Assembly: GCF_964194025.1 (NCBI RefSeq)
Contig: NC_134470.1
Span: 19,406,001-19,470,000 of the forward strand
Reading direction: 5' to 3'
Source of the DNA: Convolutriloba macropyga
Taxonomy: Eukaryota
DNA: 64,000 bases
Part shown: in pieces, positions 12,646 through 26,180 of the stretch
Numbering within the stretch: the first letter of the stretch is position 1
Layout: each line of letters opens with the position of its first letter
Program-made: the position numbers and the translations under genes
The notes under the pieces: model-generated
Seen by the model: only the letters and a program-made list of their open reading frames with translations
Told to the model about the DNA's origin: nothing
Databases searched by the model: none

Positions 12646-15225
12646 ACTGCTTTAGCATTAATGATGGCAGTACTGCTACAACAACGAAAACAAAAATACA
12701 TCAATCCTTAATCGAAAATACGTAAGAAACGAAATAAGTAATTGACAAAACGCCAGGCGGAAATTACCACAAGCACACCAATTGTTAACCGTTCGAATTA
12801 GCTGCAAAAAAAAAAACAAAAACGATCACGACTAAGAGACGAAAAATAAAACATAGCCGGTAGATGGCCCAACAAAAGCCACAAAAAAGCTAGTGAGACC
12901 CCTTTGCTAGATCAAAAACAAAAAAGATTCAAAAAATTAGATTGTCATTTCAAACTCTATCTTTATTTTCAATTCAAATCTCGAACACTAAGGTCTTTCA
13001 AGTAAAGTAACCTTATAATCATTACTTTGGTCGAAGCCTGAATTCCAAGTACGGCCTACAACCCCAATTTAAAATGAATAAGTGAGTGGAGGTCATTTCA
13101 TTGAAGTGAGGTAAGACATCAATGCTCACAAAATTTTTCACAAAATTTGCCAAAAAAGAAAAGCACGGAAAACCATTCACTCGGAACTCCTATTGCGGGC
13201 ACAAATGGTCACAAAATTAATAAAGGCGTTCGAAAATTTTTTCAAAAACATAGCTCAAAGAATTCAACCGTCAAAACTCCACAAAATACCGGTAATTTCA
13301 GATAATACCATAACCTTTTGTCTTTAACCAGCAACTCTTTACCTCACCTGGTTTGATTTTTAAGAATGCTTAAATTTATACCGCAGTCACCACGAAAAAA
13401 ATGCAGCACAATTTCATTTTATTTAAACATTTGGTAACGCTAAAAAGTCCACTATTCTTAGAAAACCGACAGCGCTAAAAATTGGCATGAAAAAACTCAT
13501 GATACTGCTGTGGAAAAGATAGAGCTCTGCAATCAACTGTGCAATCTATGCGACCTAAAAGACACATTTACAAAGCATAAGGCAGATCAACATCTTAAAA
13601 ACTAAACAAACTTTTTCAAAAAAATTAAATAAAGACCCAAAACATCACTAAATTCAGTTTTCAAATCAATGCATTTCAGACAAAAATAAGGTATACTTTT
13701 TCCTTGTCGGAGATATGATAGACAAGATGAATTCAAACTATTTCAAAAAAATAATTCAAAAACAAAAGCAAAAGAAAAATGATCTAAGAAAAAAATCAAT
13801 TAAAAACAATACCGCGTCCCCCAAAAAGTCGCAGAAGTTAGTAATCACAAAAGGACTACTTCTTGACTCTTGAAAGCTAGAAATCCAATGAAGAAAAAAA
13901 ATGAACAATTACATTTCAAAATTAAGCATTCTAGACTTAGAATAAACCAGTAGCCATCCTTCTGTACAGATATTTAAAAAATTAGAGACAGAATTCATAG
14001 ATTGGGAACGCCAAAATATTTTGCACTTTTGAAAAACTTTTTACTGCATTTCAAAAAAACGCCAAACAATGAATGAATTATTGATGAAACGAAATTCAAA
14101 TACCCCATGTTGCAAAAAAGACTAGTAAATTCGACAAAAACAAAAACAGAAAAATTGAAAAAAAACTACTAAAACCGGCTTAACATGTGCAAATTTTTAT
14201 AAAACAAAATTACCTCACGGACGAAGGAGGCATTCAGTACATGAATTATCGGATCTATTCTGTTTCTCCCTCCCCCCCCCCAGCTGAGTGAGCATAAATC
14301 TTTTACAACACCCGAGCGGACGTGCTATAATTTTACATAGTAACGTGCTATATAACAACATATAATTTGTAACTGGCGGTAATAAAAAACACCGGGGGCG
14401 AAATTGCCATATAAACTGATTGTAGAAAAAAGACGAAAGAAAGATCCAAAAATGAAGAATGGAAAAAAATAAATCAAGAAACATGTGCTCATATTGAACT
14501 TGAAAAGCATTATTAGGCTCTGCAAAACACTGTGGCATCAATTTTCAGAGGAAAACCATATTACAAGCCAAAAACGGCTAAATAGACGAAAAACGGCTAA
14601 AAAACCGTTATCTAAGTGCAATTCTGTCAAAAACAATTTTCAAAGTCCAAAAAAACATTCACTCAACGCAGCTCATGATCAAAAAACTCTCGCTCAAAAA
14701 ATATTACCTCACACGGCCATTTTATTCACTTTCACTTTTAGGTCAAAACGCCGTCTGAAGGAACAGTACTTCCGGTAAAAAATAACCATAAGAAAAACAT
14801 CTTCAAGTCGTAACAAAAAACACAATGAGACCAATTAAAGCCTCCCTATCAACCACTTCACGGCTATTAAGGAACGCCTACAGAGGCCTGATAAATTTTG
14901 AAATAAGAAAACAATATTTGATAATCAATTGCTCATAAAAATATTTGGCAAGAATTTAATACTAAATTTCTTACGAAAATGAGGAACGGTGCCTTAAAAT
15001 CACACAGAAGAAAAAACTTATTTAAGCTACAACCCTTCCACAAAAACACCTGCTAGACAACTTGTACTTTTGCAGGGAAGAACATTAAATCAATAGGTGA
15101 GAAAAGGTTCTATCAAATAGTTAAAAGAGAGGCAGTAAGATGCTTTCTGATTAAAGAAGTTGACAAAGATTGGAAACCATGAGCTCTTAACCACAACAAA
15201 AACAAATTCAAAATTCATTTACTTG

Positions 15226-18200
15226 AATACAGCCGGATTTTAGTGCAGTATCTTTTCTCTAAAAGGCCCTTCACAAATTCCCAAAATAACGTCCAGAACG
15301 CTAGACAAAAAACTGAAACTATTTTTAAAACTACCCACTTAAATTGTACCCCAAATTGGGCATCCGCTTAGAAAGCTATAGAAAAAAAAAGAGCCTCAAA
15401 AAGTATTGGGTGAAACATTTGTTTCCGAAAATATTTGGTTCTGAAGGCTGAAAAATGTGCAATGCTGTTTTTGGGAAATACTCCTTTTCGCCCATGACCC
15501 CATTAAAGAGCCAAAGTTTTAAACAATGAGTTGCCATTTATATGAAGTGCATTACAACGTGTAAAACAGCAGAAGCGCGTGGGGCCGAAAACTTATGTAA
15601 ACACTGAGGTGCAAAGAACGAAACCGAAGAGACAGTATTCCCTGAAACAATTTAAAAGATCCATTGAAAATGAGGTCATCATCAAATCGTGACAGATTAT
15701 CCATGATTACCAATTCAGAACAGCACTTATATTTCAAGAGAAATAATTGATTAGGGAATGAGAAATGACGTTCTACAGTTCAAGTACTTGGTAGATATTG
15801 TAACCACAAATCTAAAAAGCTGCAATCGGCAAAATAACTAACCTCGGAAAACTTTCGACTTTATTCATATTGTGTTTTGACTCAAATTTTACTCGCTGCC
15901 ATCTTTTGAGTTATCTAATACTACTACAGACACAGCACAACGTTGAGGCTGAACGCAAGCACGCATAAACTAATACTCTTTAAAATGTACAAAAAACTGT
16001 TACGAGCGCCTGCCAACTACCGTAACCAACAACGTACATTATTAGTCCCTCATAGAAGAGAAACGCCTTACTTATCGTTACGCAGAGATATTAAAATTCA
16101 ATATATGTCCTCTACGAAACTACATGTTATCAACGAAAAACGCACCAAATCACCATTTAATTCAGAGCAAAACGGTACTTTATATTGCAGAAAACAGCCG
16201 GATTAATTTAGAAATTATTTTCAAAAATTAATTTAGCAGAAAACAGTCCGATTTTAGTGCAATATCTTTCCTCTGAAAGGTCTTTTACAAATTGCAAATA
16301 ATAGCTTCCGGACAATAGACAAAAAACTGAAACTATTTTTAAAATTACACACTTAAATTGTACCCCAAATTGGGCGTCAGCTTAGAAAGCTATAGAAAAA
16401 AAGAGCCTCAAAAAGTATTGGATGAAACATTTGTTTCCGAAAATATTTGGTTCTGAAGGCTGAAAAATGTGCAATGCTATTTTTTGGAAATACTCCTTTT
16501 CGCCCATGACCCCATTAAAGAGCCAAAGTTTTAAACAATGAGTTGCCATTTATATGAAGTGCATTACAACGTGTAAAACAGCAGAAGCGCGTGGGGCCGA
16601 AAACTTATGTAAACACTGAGGTGCAAAGAACGAAACCGAAGAGACAGTATTCCCTGAAACAATTTAAAAGATCCATTGAAAATGAGGTCATCATCAAATC
16701 GTGACAGATTATCCATGATTACCAATTCAGAACAGCACTTATATTTCAAGAGAAATAATTGATTAGGGAATGAGAAATGACGTTCTACAGTTCAAGTACT
16801 TGGTAGATATTGTAACCACAAATCTAAAAAGCTGCAATCGGCAAAATAACTAACCTCGGAAAACTTTCGACTTTATTCATATTGTGTTTTGACTCAAATT
16901 TTACTCGCTGCCATCTTTTGAGTTATCTAATAATACTACAGACACAGCACAACGTTGAGGCTGAACGCAAGCACGCATAAACTAATACTCTTTAAAATGT
17001 ACAAAAAACTGTTACGAGCGCCTGCCAACTACCGTAACCAACAACGTACATTATTAGTCCCTCATAGAAGAGAAACGCCTTACTTATCGTTACGCAGAGA
17101 TATTAAAATTCAATATATGTCCTCTACGAAACTACATGTTATCAACGAAAAACGCACCAAATCACCATTTAATTCAGAGCAAAACGGTACTTTATATTGC
17201 AGAAAACAGCCGGATTAATTTAGAAATTATTTTCAAAAATTAATTTAGCAGAAAACAGTCCGATTTTAGTGCAATATCTTTCCTCTGAAAGGTCTTTTAC
17301 AAATTGCAAATAATAGCTTCCGGACAATAGACAAAAAACTGAAACTATTTTTAAAATTACACACTTAAATTGTACCCCAAATTGGGCGTCAGCTTAGAAA
17401 GCTATAGAAAAAAAGAGCCTCAAAAAGTATTGGATGAAACATTTGTTTCCGAAAATATTTGGTTCTGAAGGCTGAAAAATGTGCAATGCTATTTTTTGGA
17501 AATACTCCTTTTCGGCCATGACCCCATTAAAGAGCCAAAGTTTTAGACAATGAGTTGCCATATATATGAAGTGCATTACAACGTGTAAAACAGAAGCGCG
17601 TGGGGCCGAAAACTTATGTAAACACTGAGGTGGAAAGAATGAAACCGAAGAGACAGTATTCCCTGAAACAATTTAAAAGTTCCATTGAAAATGAGGTCAT
17701 CATCAAATCGTGACAGATTATCCATGATTACCAATTCAGAACAGCACTTATATTTCAAGAGAAATATTTGATTAGGGAATGAAAAATGACGTTCTACAGT
17801 TCAAGTACTTGGTAGATATTGTAACCACAAATCTAAAAAGCTGCAATCGGCAAAATAACTAACCTCGGAAAACTTCCGACTTTATTCATAATGTGTTTTG
17901 ACTCGAATTTTGCTCGCTGCCATCTTTTGAGTTACCTAATAATACTACAGACACAGCACAACGTTGAGGCTTAAAACGCAAGCACGCATAAACTAATACT
18001 CTTTAAAATGTACAAAAAACTGTTACGAGCGCCTGCAAACTACCGTAACCAACAGCGTTCATTCTTAGTCCCTCATAGAATAGAAACGCTTTACTTATCG
18101 TTACGCAGAGATATTAAAATTCAATATATGTCCTCTACGAAACTACATGTTATCAACGAAAAACGCAACAAATCACCATTTAATTCAGAGCAAAACGGTA

Positions 18201-19210
18201 CTTTATATTGTAGAAAACAGCTGGATTAATTTAGAAATTATTTTCAAAATTAATTTAGCAGAAAACAGTCGGATTTTAGTGCAATATCTTTCCTCTGAAA
18301 GGTCTTTTATAAATTGCAAATAATAGCTTCCGGAACAATAGACAAAAAACTGAAACTATTTTTAAAATTATACACTTAAATTGTACCCCAAATTGGGCGT
18401 CAGCTTAGAAAGCTATAGAAAAAAAGAGCCTCAAAAAGTATTGGGTGAAACATTTGCTTCCGAAAATATTTGGTTCTGAAGGCTGAAAAATGTGCAATGC
18501 TATTTTTTGGAAATACTCCTTTTCGGCAATGACCACATTAAAGAGCCAAAGTTTTAGACAATGAGTTGCCATATATATGAAGTGCATTACAACGTGTAAA
18601 ACAGAAGCGCGTGGGGCCGAAAACTTATGTAAACACTGAGGTGGAAAGAATGAAACCGAAGAGACAGTATTCCCTGAAACAATTTAAAAGATCCATTGAA
18701 AATGAGGTCATCATCAAATCGTGACAGATTATCCATGATTACCAATTCAGAACAGCACTTATATTTCAAGAGAAATATTTGATTAGGGAATAAGAAATGA
18801 CGTTCTACAGTTCAAGTACTTAGTAGATATTGTAGCCACAGATCTAAAAAGCTGCTATCGGCAAAATAACTAACCTCAAAAAACTTCCGACTTTATTCAT
18901 AATGTGTTTTGACTCAAATTTTACTCGCTGCCATCTTTTGAGTTATCTAATAATACTACAGACACAGCACAACGTTGAGGCTTAAAACGCAAGCACGTAT
19001 AAACTACTACTCTTTAAAATGTACAAAAAATTTACAAACGCCTGCCTACTACCATAACCGACAACGTTCATTCTTAGTCCCTGCTAGAATAGAAACGTAT
19101 TATTTAACGGTACGCAGATATATTAAAATTCAATACATGTCCTCTACTAAACTACATGTATTTGACGGAAAACGCAGCAAATCATCTAATTCAGACCAAA
19201 AACGCTACTT
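15226..19210. repeat. Tandem array of ~4 x 1011-1012-bp units
   Basis: Identical or near-identical chance ORFs recur at 15552, 16564, 17576, 18587; units 1-2 nearly identical, outer edges more diverged. Confidence 0.97.
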
Positions 19211-19491
19211 CATTTTTCCCTTGCTTTAGGGAGTATTTCTACATGAAGTTATGTTAAGTAACCAACAACACGCCATCGGTTTCCTGCCCAAGGCCTTCTT
19301 GGCAACCCATAAATAGAATACATTTAAATTGCGACATTCTTGCAAAACAGTTTACTTTTTATTGTAAACAGCATTGTTTGCGAAGCAGTTAGTCATATAT
19401 TAGTTCAAAGCAATTGACAAACGCAGTCTTTCAGCAATTCAACAAACACAAATTGTAAAGCTATACCTTTACCGAGCTTGAGCTGAACAAA

Positions 19492-19673
19492 ATGCCTGAT
19501 AAGGTGCTTCGAGATGATCAAGTTGCGGGCGGATCAGGCCGCCGTAAAATTGACCAGAGTCTCAGTAAGAATCTCGGCGGATACAAATCTTTGCAAGATG
19601 GTTCTAGAAGCGAACCGTCAGTGTATGGAAAATACGTTGAGCCAGTATTGCACGCAACTGAACATACAGCCAG
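19492..19673 (+). CDS. Unknown 102-aa protein, paralog 2, exon 1
   Basis: MPDKVLRDDQVAGG...LSKNLGGYKSL...YGKYVEPVLHATEHTAR; ends gccAG|GAactg; same start context (gagc.gaacaaaATG) as paralog 1. Confidence 0.8.
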
Positions 19674-20086
19674 GAACTGTTTCTTTCTCTTCCTAAAATT
19701 TTCTTTCATCTTTTTGCAAATTTGAGTCTTATGACTTTCAAAACAAAACACAACTAAAGGAAAATATTATTATTTACAAAACTTTACCGATGTCTAAATT
19801 AGCACAAATTCATTAAAGTTAAATTAGATTGATCATTTAATTAGACTGAAGGGCAAATTAGACTGTAATTTTAAACAAAATTTTTAAATTAGATTGATTA
19901 AATTAGGAGTATTGGTAATATAGTCAGTATTATCACAAATACCCTCTCGGTCACCATTCAAAGACATATATTGTAGCTATTGCCTGGCCTCAATTTGAAC
20001 GACAGAAACTATTAAAAAAACAAATATTTTTAATTCAACTTTAAATTTGAGCTAAGCGGGAGCAACAGTTCCTTTTTGGATTGCAG

Positions 20087-20213
20087 AGCAGTGGCGAACA
20101 GCAACTCGAAAGAATGGGCGAGAGCAAAGGACGAGCTGAGAACTGTAGGATCGGGATTGCATACCATGGATGGCAAATATCAGAAAGAGTACGATCAACA
20201 GCAGAAAAAATAA
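20087..20213 (+). CDS. Unknown 102-aa protein, paralog 2, exon 2
   Basis: Acceptor cctttttggattgcAG at 20086; phase-2 frame AVANSNSKEWARAKDELRTVGSGLHTMDGKYQKEYDQQQKK*; 26/41 identical to paralog 1. Confidence 0.75.
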
Positions 20214-20881
20214 CAACAGCCAAATCAGAAGGGCAAATAACTGCAAACACCACTGAAAACTAAACAGTTAACAAAGACAGTTTCACCCTTATAAATCATA
20301 TCATTTCTGATAAAAATATACAAATACATTCAATTTATTTCAACTCGTTTTTTCTTGTAATTACAGTATAAACTACTTACTCTCAATGTAAGAATTATCA
20401 CAACTTTTCAGGTCCGCAAAAAGCATCGAAATGCAGTTGAGCAAATCCCCTATCTGCGAAATTTTTGTTCTGACCTCATGTAACAAGGGGAAAAGAACAA
20501 AATCAGAGGAAGACATGGGTGGCATTTAAAAGCCCATGCAGCTAAGAATTTTTCGCAAAGAATTTTTTTGAATTTCGCTTTTGCGCAGAGTTTTAAAAAC
20601 TGATTCTCCCAAGAGAAAAGAAAGTCCATCTTAGAAGAAAGCCAATCTTGAAAGAAAGCCAATATTCATAAATTTTGATTTAAACAAAAGACAGCCTACA
20701 GATTGCCGAAATAGCTAAGAACTAGACGAGCTCAGGTTAATGTCACGGCTATTAAAACACAATGATTTTGGTTTTGATTAGTATGTTATGGCAAATGGCT
20801 GTGCTAGGATATCTATTGGGATCTAGGTAGCCCAAATTTATTGATAATTTTTAATTTCGTCTTTTAAATGGTTTTATCAAC

Positions 20882-23717
20882 AAACAAGGAGGCTCGCTAC
20901 TGTTTGATGGCACATCATGTTCCGACCCCACTGATACAAAACCTTGTCTCAATTTTCCACCAATTGCAGCAGAGATAGCATTCCTTTACAGAAGTAGTTC
21001 ATAATTTTTTTTAAAGATTATAGATTCTCAAAGAAAAGACAGACGTCTATACAGAAAAATTTTCATATCACTGAGATCAGATTTTTTTTGCTAGAATGAA
21101 AACTCAAGCAAACGAAACGAGAAATGAAATCGTCTCCGATGCAATTTTTTGAAAAAAAAACTATCAAGAGAACAACTAATTTTACCAAAAAAAATCAGAT
21201 CCAAAAATGAACATCTAACCCGTTTTAAAATTAAATCTCAAATTGTAAGGTCTTTTAAGTAACAAGCGGTCTGTATTTAAAATTAGATTTTACGATTAAA
21301 TTTTGCCATCTCAATTTAGTCTGTTAGGTGAGTGCAGAAGCTACAAAAATAGACCTCCGCACAAAACTAAATCATAATGCAAAATCAGATCAAATTCAAG
21401 AATAGGTTACCCAAGCTATATAATCACGAGGTAAATCACAATAGAGGTAAACCACATTTCCCCTAGGAAAAAATCTAAACCACATTTCTCCTTGGAAAAA
21501 ACTCCAATTTCACAGAAAATTTCGGAAAATTTCAGGAACCAAATATCATCTTACAGTAAATTCTACTTCAACCACTAAACAGGAGCACAGGGGTTTAAGT
21601 CAGAAGCAGCATTTCATCTTGCTAGTGATATTAATTTAGGAGCCGACAAAATTTAAGAGTCGAAAAAGTTTTTTTTTCAAAATCTGTTATTTATTCAGCA
21701 TTCGTTATCAAAATGACATTATCAGAACTGCAATGACGCCTCTTCAGAAAACCGATTGGAATGGTCAATAATCAAATACTTCATAATTTCGGTTGTTAAT
21801 AACCAAACTCAACCGAAAAAACAAATGAGAAAAAAAAACTTTGACTGACATCAAAAATTCTCCAAAATACGAAGTGAAAAGTGGTCAATTTTATATCTAC
21901 GAAAAACTATCAAACTAAAAGAAAGCTTGGATATAGATATACCTCATTGACTTATGAAGACTTTGATAAATGAGATTAAAATGTTCGAGAAAAAAAAACA
22001 ACAAAACGGTCAGAACTCAAAATTCACATACGATGAAGTGTGAGTTGCAATATTTCCTAAGCTTCATTCATGCCACTTCCGCTTTGATTACTCCTACATA
22101 CCTAGATACCAATTCCTACTGACTTATACATACCTACACAAAAAAACAGAGGCAAAACTCAAATATTTACAAAATTAATACTAAAACAGCTAGTTTTGAA
22201 GTAATCATTATCAGAGGCTAAAAAGGACAGACTATGTAGATATAGATCTCGTTCGAACTTCATTGAGACCTCTCAGTTTTGCAACTTATTAAAAATACAA
22301 CAATATGCCAAAAGAAGATATTTTATGTAAACAGGTAATGTCCGATTCGGCAAAATCATTAATTGCCCAGAACAATTCGGATAGCAGCATCGATGCATCA
22401 ATAACACAAGTATATCGCAGTTGCTATGTTGGTAGACAAAGTAGTTCTTTTATTTTAATCTGTGATCGATTCTTAGCCCATGGTACAAAATGTATTGTTA
22501 ACACCAGTGAGACCAATTTTCTTCCATAAAAATAAGACTAGAACAAATGGAACGACAGATGTATGAATTCTAATAAAATTTTGCGTGATAAAAAATTTCT
22601 CAGGTAAACAACTACTTCTACCAAACAACAATTCTATATTAAAATTTTGGTGCTGAAGTTTAATAGAACAAATAGAACCTCACAGAAAAAATCAAATTTC
22701 GATTATGCTTCCTTAGAAAACCTCAAGGCCTAGTAAGCAATCAGAAAAATTAAAAGTCAGAGCTATCAATTCAAACACAAACCTAGAATTTGATGCCGCA
22801 TTATTAATTTATGAAGACTTGAGATGGAAGGGCAAGACAACAAAACTAAGAAACGGCCCGACCTCAAAATTCACTAAAATTTTATGAAAAAACTTAGTTT
22901 CCAATCACAGAAACCATTCGCAATAAACTCAAGTCATTGAAAAGCTTCCATTATTGGAGTACCGAAATCAATCAGTCAGACTGACAAAAATTCAAAAAAA
23001 ATCAATAAAAAATTCAAAAATTTACAAACATTTTACTGAAATAAATGCCTTCAAAGTAATTATTGCCATAGAAGTATAAAACTGAGAAAACGCAGGGTCA
23101 TTTGGAACTCGTTAGAACTTCAATTAGACATATCAGTATTGAAACTGAATAATAAAATAACAAAGGACAAAAAATTGACAAAATTTACTTGACAAATGAA
23201 AACTTTCTGTGTCAAAGTCATCAATCATTGTTTGCCCACAGACCAGTTCGGGCAGGGCATCAGCATATATGCATCATTCGGCTAATTGCCTCGCAAGTAG
23301 TATACTTACCCACAGAAAGTAACGAGAAAAAATCCAAAACAAAATTCAAATGGCCGCGAAAAATAAAAACAGAAAAATGGCTCTGGGAATCTAAATCTAG
23401 ATCCAAACGCTAATATCTTTTATTAAAAAAACACGAATAGACAAAAAAACCTAGGTCACCCTCCAGGGTGACTAAAACCCGTAAAACTTGAAAATTGTTA
23501 CATAATTGGACAAAACTTTCAAAAAATGTTAAAAGTGAAATGTGCTCTGCAAAGGACAAAATTTTAAATTTCTCACTCTACGCTTGACGGGCCTTTTAGT
23601 GATACTTCTCACAACTCTCCGCAAATATATCGATCGGCCAAAATTGACTAAACAAAGAAAAAAACCAGCATAAAATTCCTCCTCCTCCCCCCCCACACCA
23701 CAAGTGGGGTCGGAAAA
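20882..23717 (-). mobile_element. Helentron/DINE-1-like family A, copy A2 (diverged)
   Basis: aaacaaggaggctcgc...gcacatcatgttccgacccc at left; atatatcgatcggccaaaattgact...caagtggggtcggaa at right. Confidence 0.6.
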
Positions 23718-24689
23718 ACAAGTTACAGTGTTGAAAGGTAGAAGGTATCAAACTACAGCTATTCATAACGACTTAGACAACACTCAATTGCAAAAACTTT
23801 GATTCTGAGTTTGGTCCGCCTTTCGTTCAGTTTGGTTTCATTAGGTCAGTCAAGGCTACAAAATAAAATGTGGTAAATGCCACAAAACAATTCATGGTTC
23901 TAAAAGCTTACAGTTACGTGTTAAGTTTTCCTCACTCAAAGAACGCTTATTGTCAAAAAATTTCCAAATTCTTAAGTCGTTAGTATTTTTTGCCCGTTTA
24001 TTACTTTATCTTGCAAGTAATAATCTGAGTTAATTTTCTCATAAAGAACAGCTTTAGTTTTCAGAAAGTATCAATGCGCAACTTTTGGAGAAATTAGACA
24101 GCAATTAAATTCGGCGAAATTCCAGGGAAATTCAAACTTTTGATCAGACCTCGTGGTTTTTTGTCATCTTGTCTATTCTTAGAGTAAACAAAGAACGACC
24201 TCCATTTTTCTATTGTTTCGAATATTTGCCAACTTAAAACATGAGCTTCTGACTCCTTGTGCGTCTTCGATTTCTGCAATTATTGAATGCCCTTTAAATC
24301 AAATAATGTTTATACGTACTAAATTTGTGTAACGCCAATTTGCGAAATTGAGAATTGGAGAAACTGTTCTTTCCGCCATTTTTCGCGGTAGGTTTACATG
24401 TCACGTAGATGCTTTTTCATGTTCCATCATTCTCGAATGACGATAATGACAACACCAAGTATAGTTATTGATTTTCAAGCTGTTTTCTCGAATTTATTGA
24501 CCACGCAACTAAGATTTCTATCATGAAAAACGAAACCAGTTTTGCCCAACTTTCATTTTGCCTTTCAATTAGCAGCTCTAACTCAAACTGAGGAAATTAG
24601 ATCACGCAAAAATCAAGAAGTCAAGCATGATAAAAGTCATGATGAATTAGGTGCCAGCGAAAAAAATCTCATTAGGGGAAATCGCATTA

Positions 24690-26180
24690 GAATATTCATC
24701 GACTAACATCGGACAAATTTCTCTGACGACAGGAGCGGTAATTTAATTCAAGGGCTGTAGCCTAGATAAATTTTTGTTTATGGGTACAAAAACACCCAAC
24801 CAGGGTGAGTTTCGAGCCCCCGACCTCCACTGTCCTCGACTGACGCATTAACCACTCGGCTATACAGTCCTTGTAATTCTCTACGCTACAGTCGCTTTAA
24901 CTTTAGCAACAAACTTTACTTTACGAGTGAGAGCAAGTGAGATCACTGCGCATTAAGAAAAGCATGAAAAAGTTACTTCCGAAGTCAAAGAAAGCTATAG
25001 AACAAAAGCACAAAAACGTCAAGCAAAAATGTTGCATAAAAAGACACATGGTTGCAATAACAGCTTCAAGTTTTCTATGAGAGCCATTAATCATCAGTAC
25101 TGATTAATTGCTTCCTTTGAGAGCAATTAAAAATCAAACCGACAAATGTCGGAAGAATTGCTCTTGAACGACAGGCGAGGCTGTGGCTGTTAAATCAAGG
25201 GGACAATAGCCTAGATCAATTTCTCATTATGGGTAAAAAAAAAATCCCGTCCCCGCCCGAGATTCGAACCTTTGACCTCCAGAACCGTGACCCCAAGCAC
25301 TTCCAAAAGCTCTATCAGAACCTTGTTCTGGCTCTGCTGTAACCAATTTATATTAGCAACAAGCTTTACTTCGGAGAGAGCAATAGAGATCACTCAAAAA
25401 TGTCGAACGAAAGCGTGAAAAAGAAACAAACTTTACTTTACGAGTGAGGGCAAGTGAGATCACTGCGCATTAAGAAAAGCATGAAAAAGTTACTTCCGAA
25501 GTCAAAGAAAGTTATAGAACAAAAGCACAAAAACGTGAAGCAAAAATGTTGCATAAAAAGACACATGGTTGCAATAACAGCTTCAAGTTTTGTATGAGAG
25601 CCATTAATCATCAGTACTGATTAACTGCTTCCTTTGAGAGCAATTAAAAAACAAACCGACAAATGTCAGAAGAATTACTCTTGAACGACAGGCGAGGCTG
25701 TGGCTGTTAAATCAAGGGGACAATAGCCTAGATCAATTTCTCATTATGGGTAAAAAAAAATCCCGTCCCCACCCGAGATTCGAACCTTTGACCTCCAGAA
25801 CCGTGACCCCAAGCACTTCCAACAGCTCTATCAGAACCTTGTTCTGGCTCTGCTGTAACCAATTTATATTAGCAACAAGCTTTACTTCGGAGTGAGAGCA
25901 ATAGAGATCACTCAAAAATGTCGAACGAAAGCGTGAAAAAGAAATGTTCTAGAAAAGGCGCAAAATTGTCAAGCGAAAAATTTGCATTAAAAAAAGACAT
26001 ACACGTTTACAATAATTGCTATGAACTTCGTTCAGGAGCAATTAACCACAAATTATAGATCGTATATCCTGCAACAGCCAAGTAACAGCCAATTTGTTTA
26101 TTCGGGCAGCTTACTATTGGTTTCTGAAAAAAGACGCACATTTACAATAATTGCTATGCACTTCTTTCAAGAGCAATTAA
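24690..26180 (-). mobile_element. Head-to-tail array (~3 copies) of Helentron-like family B with internal tRNA-like cassette
   Basis: Units bounded by aaac..accgacaaatgtcggaagaattgctct.gaacga and ttcgttc.agagcaattaa; tRNA-like segments at ~24795-24868, 25246-25320, 25761-25835; units 2 and 3 near-identical (~520-bp period). Confidence 0.7.
24795..24868 (-). ncRNA. tRNA-derived Pol III-like cassette (not a functional tRNA)
   Basis: Minus strand: gactgtaTAGCCGAGTGGttaatgcg...gGGCTCGAAACtc...gggtgTTTTT = A box, B-box-like element, T-run; anticodon stem does not pair. Confidence 0.55.

Noticed and set aside
15552-19229. Repeated 60-87-aa ORFs in the 1-kb array
   Set aside because: Non-ATG or weak starts, frameshifted between units, no recognisable domain; a by-product of DNA duplication.
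24795-25835. Functional tRNA genes
   Set aside because: Acceptor and anticodon stems do not pair and the copies sit inside a repeat.
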